From positions 64,001 to 128,000 of the forward strand of contig JBEKYR010000010.1 in the NCBI GenBank assembly GCA_049510745.1: a DNA stretch of 64,000 nt, in the 5' to 3' direction. Each line of letters starts with the position of its first letter. The first letter of the stretch is position 1. Positions 60,722 to 64,000 of this stretch are shown in pieces. Made by a program: the position numbers and the translations under genes. Below the pieces are notes generated by a model that ran no database searches, was not told the DNA's origin, and worked only from the letters and a program-made list of their open reading frames with translations. The DNA is from Verrucomicrobiota bacterium. GTDB lineage: Bacteria > Verrucomicrobiota > Verrucomicrobiia > Limisphaerales > Palsa-1400.

Positions 60722-62884
60722 ATGAGCGGCTGTCATCAGCATCAAAAGCCGGCTGGCCGAAGCAGAGGGCCAAAGCATCTTTCCACAAATCGCTATCGGT
60801 TTGTTTGTTGGGTAGGGATCTTCGCCTTAATACTGGCGGTAATGCTTCCCCTCCAGACTGCGGCGCAGAATCTGACCGTTTCCACCCCTAATGGCGCGGC
60901 GTCACTGCTGGTTCTCACCAACGCCGGAGAAATCAGGCGTCTGAAACGGGAGGAAGCTTTGCGCGGCTATCCGGTCAAAATACGTGGCGTGGTTACCTGC
61001 ATCCAGCCGGAATGTCAAGCCATGGTCATCCAGGATTCCACGCTGGGAATTTACGTGAAAAACTGCTCGTTCCAGGATTCCGTCCCCGCGCAGGTGGGTG
61101 AGGATTGGGAAGTCGAAGGGGTCACCGACGCCGGTTTCGCACCGATGATCCGTCCCCAACGGGTAACCCGGTTGGGTAAGGGACTCTTGCCGGAGCCTGT
61201 GCATCCCACCTGGGATCAACTCATGAATGGCAGCCTAGATAGCCAATATATGGAATTGCAGGGAATCGTTACGGCCGTTCAGCCCGGAGAAGTGATGCTG
61301 CTCACTCGCGGAGGCAAAATTAGAGTTCACTTGCCTGGCTTGAAACCCGAGGACATCCAACACGATGAAGGCGCCCTCGTCAGTCTGCGTGGTTGTCTCT
61401 TCGCGAAGCATGAGGACGAAAAAATCTCACTACAGGTCAAACTGGGCGAAATTGAGATTCATAATCCGTCCATTAGCGTCGTCAAACCCGCGCCGGCGGA
61501 CCTGTTCGCCACGCCATTAAAGCGGGTTGCCGACCTCTTGCTCTTTGACCCGGAAGCCGGAGCATTTCAAAGGGTCAGAGTCGCCGGTCAAATCGTCCAG
61601 ATGCGGGACGAAACAGGCTATCTGATGGATGGCACCAACGGCCTGCGGTTCATTCCCAAGGAGATGGCGGAGCTGCAAGTGGCTGACTTGGTGGAAGTCG
61701 TCGGTTTTCCAGAACTCGGTGGCCCTTCGCCCGTGCTGCGCGAGGCTGTGGTGCGCAAGCTCGGCCAAGCCCCTTTGCCGGCCCCCAAAACGCTGACGCC
61801 CGATAATCTGTTTCGCAACGATTACGATTCGACCCTGGTGTGCGTCGAAGGATTGTTGCTCAATCTGGCCAATAACGGCGCCGGGCAGGTTCTGGAGCTG
61901 CAGGCCGGGATGCGCAAGTTTGTCGCGCGGTTGAAGGCCAAACCCTGGTCCGCCTCGGCCATACCCATCGGCAGCCGGCTACAGTTGACCGGGGTCTATG
62001 CCGCCCAGAGCGGGAATCGGGAGATTGGCCGCGACACTGATTCCTTCGAGCTTTTGCTCAATTCCCCATCGGACCTCCGCATCCTGGCGCAGCCTCCCTG
62101 GTGGACGCTGGAGCGCCTGCTGGCCATTGTGGGTGTCCTGGCGGGGCTGCTGGCGCTGGCGTTGGTCTGGATTACCCTGCTCCGCCGTCAAGTCGAGCAG
62201 CGCGCCGCTCAACTGAAACAAGAGATTCAGGAATGCGAACGCGCTGAATATCGGCACACCCTCGAAGAAGAACGCTCCCGCATCGCCCGCGACCTGCATG
62301 ATGACCTTGGCTCCACCCTCACCGAAATCAGCATGCTGGCGGAAACCGGCCGCGATCAGCCGGCCCCGGCCGTAGATCTGCGGAAACGCTTTGATCGTAT
62401 CTTGGGCCGGACCCAAACCCTTGTGTGGACCCTCGATGAGATCGTTTGGGCCGTTGATCCCAACAAAGACACGCTGCCGGCCCTGATCCGTTACCTGGCC
62501 GGTTACGCCGAGGAATATGTGACTGCCGCCGAACTCGCTTGCCGTGTGGAGCTGGCCACCGCCGTCCCGGAAAGCCCCCTCTCCGCCCAGGTCCGGCATC
62601 ATCTCTTCTTGGAAGTCAAAGAGGCCCTCAATAACGCAGTCCGCCACGCCCAGGCCAGCGAAGTGGTCTTCCGAATCAATCTGCCGGGGAATGAATTGCA
62701 TATCTGCATCACCGATAATGGACGCGGGTTCGATCCTGCAGCGCACTTTGAGGGCAACGGCTTGGCCAATCTCCATCAGCGCTTGGCCAGCCTGCGCGGG
62801 CGTTGCGAAATCCATTCTCAGGCCGGTGCCGGCACTACCGTGCTGCTGGTTTTGCCCCTCGACCACAACCCCCCTTCTCTATGA
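60722..62884 (+). CDS. Sensor histidine kinase (HisKA_3) with repeated extracytoplasmic beta domains
   Basis: PPWWT + TM, ERSRIARDLHDDLG, EALNNAVRHA, DNGRGF, GNGL. Confidence 0.93.
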   Translation: MSGCHQHQKPAGRSRGPKHLSTNRYRFVCWVGIFALILAVMLPLQTAAQNLTVSTPNGAASLLVLTNAGEIRRLKREEALRGYPVKIRGVVTCIQPECQAMVIQDSTLGIYVKNCSFQDSVPAQVGEDWEVEGVTDAGFAPMIRPQRVTRLGKGLLPEPVHPTWDQLMNGSLDSQYMELQGIVTAVQPGEVMLLTRGGKIRVHLPGLKPEDIQHDEGALVSLRGCLFAKHEDEKISLQVKLGEIEIHNPSISVVKPAPADLFATPLKRVADLLLFDPEAGAFQRVRVAGQIVQMRDETGYLMDGTNGLRFIPKEMAELQVADLVEVVGFPELGGPSPVLREAVVRKLGQAPLPAPKTLTPDNLFRNDYDSTLVCVEGLLLNLANNGAGQVLELQAGMRKFVARLKAKPWSASAIPIGSRLQLTGVYAAQSGNREIGRDTDSFELLLNSPSDLRILAQPPWWTLERLLAIVGVLAGLLALALVWITLLRRQVEQRAAQLKQEIQECERAEYRHTLEEERSRIARDLHDDLGSTLTEISMLAETGRDQPAPAVDLRKRFDRILGRTQTLVWTLDEIVWAVDPNKDTLPALIRYLAGYAEEYVTAAELACRVELATAVPESPLSAQVRHHLFLEVKEALNNAVRHAQASEVVFRINLPGNELHICITDNGRGFDPAAHFEGNGLANLHQRLASLRGRCEIHSQAGAGTTVLLVLPLDHNPPSL

Positions 62885-63558
62885 CTACCATTGCAATTGT
62901 TGAAGACAACGATACCGTTCGCCAAACACTGCGCGAGTGGGTTGACGGCGCTTGCGGCTGCCGCTGCGTCTGCGCCTGCGCGACCAGCAACGAAGCTCTG
63001 GCCGCCATTCCGCGCCATAGCCCCGACGTGGTTTTGATGGACATCCATTTGCCGGGCGGAGAGTCGGGCATTGCCTGCACCGCCCGTTTGAAAGAGTTGC
63101 TGCCCCAGCTGCAGATCATCATGCTGACCGTGTACAAAGACCACGACTTGATCTTTCAGGCGCTACAGGCCGGCGCCAGCGGCTATTTGTTGAAACGCTC
63201 CAGCCGCGAAGAGATCCTTCGCGCCATCGCCGACGTGCATACTGGGGGCGCCCCAATGACGGGAGAAATTGCCCGGATGCTCGTGGAAACCTTTCAAAAA
63301 TCTCTCCCCAAACAATCCGAAGGCGGGTTGTCTCCGCGCGAAACGGAAATCCTGCTGCTCCTGGCCAAGGGATTGACCAACAAAGAGATCGCCAGCCAGT
63401 TGAGCATCAGCTTCGAAACGGTTCGCAACCATCTGCGCCATGTGTACGAAAAACTCCACGTCCACTGCCGGGTCGAAGCCGTCGCGAAATACATCCACGC
63501 GAGCGGAGGCGGGACGAGCAAGGCGCTGCCACTGCATCAACAAGCGCAAGAGTCTTAG
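62881..63558 (+). CDS. NarL/LuxR family response regulator
   Basis: IVEDN, VLMDIHLP, GYLLK, LSPRETEIL...NKEIA...TVRNHLRHVYEKL; ATGA-coupled to the kinase. Confidence 0.94.
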   Translation: MTTIAIVEDNDTVRQTLREWVDGACGCRCVCACATSNEALAAIPRHSPDVVLMDIHLPGGESGIACTARLKELLPQLQIIMLTVYKDHDLIFQALQAGASGYLLKRSSREEILRAIADVHTGGAPMTGEIARMLVETFQKSLPKQSEGGLSPRETEILLLLAKGLTNKEIASQLSISFETVRNHLRHVYEKLHVHCRVEAVAKYIHASGGGTSKALPLHQQAQES

Positions 63559-63618
63559 CATTACACTGTTTTCCATTTCATGACGCACAGCCCATCCACT
63601 TGAGCAGCCAGATCCAGG

Positions 63619-63638
63619 TATGACACATTCATGTCATA
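63619..63638. promoter_or_regulatory. Palindromic operator (copy 3)
   Basis: TATGACACA-TT-CATGTCATA upstream of the GH130-like gene. Confidence 0.6.
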
Positions 63639-63761
63639 TCATGGCGCGCGCCGGTCTGATATGATCCGTCTTACGAAAAAATGGTTGCACTAAAGCCGAA
63701 AACACCCTCGCGGCCCGCCGTTCCGCCATTCAATTGAAATCATGATCACCAACATCAACAA

Positions 63762-64000
63762 ATGAAACCCAACCCCTCCTCCGGCCAGGTTCGCGAATGC
63801 GACGCCACCAGAATTCTCAAGCGCCATGCCGCCAACCCGATCCTTCGCCTGGACGACTACCCAGGCGTTGCCCAGATTTATAACCCGGCCCCGGCTCAAC
63901 TCGGCGGCGAAACGATTCTACTCGTCTCGGTAGTGGACCATGCAGCCACGCGGGGATACGGGCGGGACGTCGGCCAGACGCGGATTGCCCGCAGTCAGGA
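63762..64000 (+). CDS. GH130-like glycosidase/phosphorylase, 5' partial
   Basis: Hand translation MKPNP...LKRHAANPILRLDDYPGVAQIYNPAPAQLGGETILLV...IARSQ, typical of GH130 N-termini. Confidence 0.7.
   Translation, partial: MKPNPSSGQVRECDATRILKRHAANPILRLDDYPGVAQIYNPAPAQLGGETILLVSVVDHAATRGYGRDVGQTRIARSQ

Overview
GC-rich bacterial chromosome segment, most consistent with Verrucomicrobiota (inferred from an H-X9-DG prepilin-like gene, a TIGR03067 protein, a short TruB, nusA without rimP, and PVC-style intergenic repeats). The left half (1-34.7 kb) is mostly core genome: ROK regulator, UvrD/PcrA, HscB-like/IscA, GH88+SDR, FHA protein, a MoxR-DUF58-BatA-BatB/C operon, nusA-infB-rbfA-nrnA-truB-ribF, gdhA and SPFH+Arc. 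Two unusual inserts sit in it. (i) An intact orphan Mu-like late-operon block (two lipoproteins, class 3 lipase, gp25/gp26/TerS-like genes, TerL; 8.8-13.1 kb) has no portal, capsid, tail or transposase beside it; it is a candidate domesticated packaging/GTA-like module. (ii) An antisense toxin-antitoxin cassette inside the MoxR operon is bracketed by a degenerate duplicate of the DUF58 gene start and spanned by a chain of ATGA-coupled ORFs. The right half (35-64 kb) is accessory: relics of an integrative element, a rewired kdp locus (sensorless KdpD kinase, Asp-to-Glu KdpE, divergent KdpA filter), a tRNA-Gly 3' fragment (att) followed by a tyrosine integrase, Mrr nuclease, tandem IS630-type HTH protein, xis-like gene and large serine recombinase, and finally a glycan-utilisation cluster (NagX-like, nagA, GH3, HK/NarL pair, GH130) sharing a palindromic operator. 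No rRNA, intact tRNA or CRISPR array was seen. All family calls come from motif recognition by eye, not database searches.
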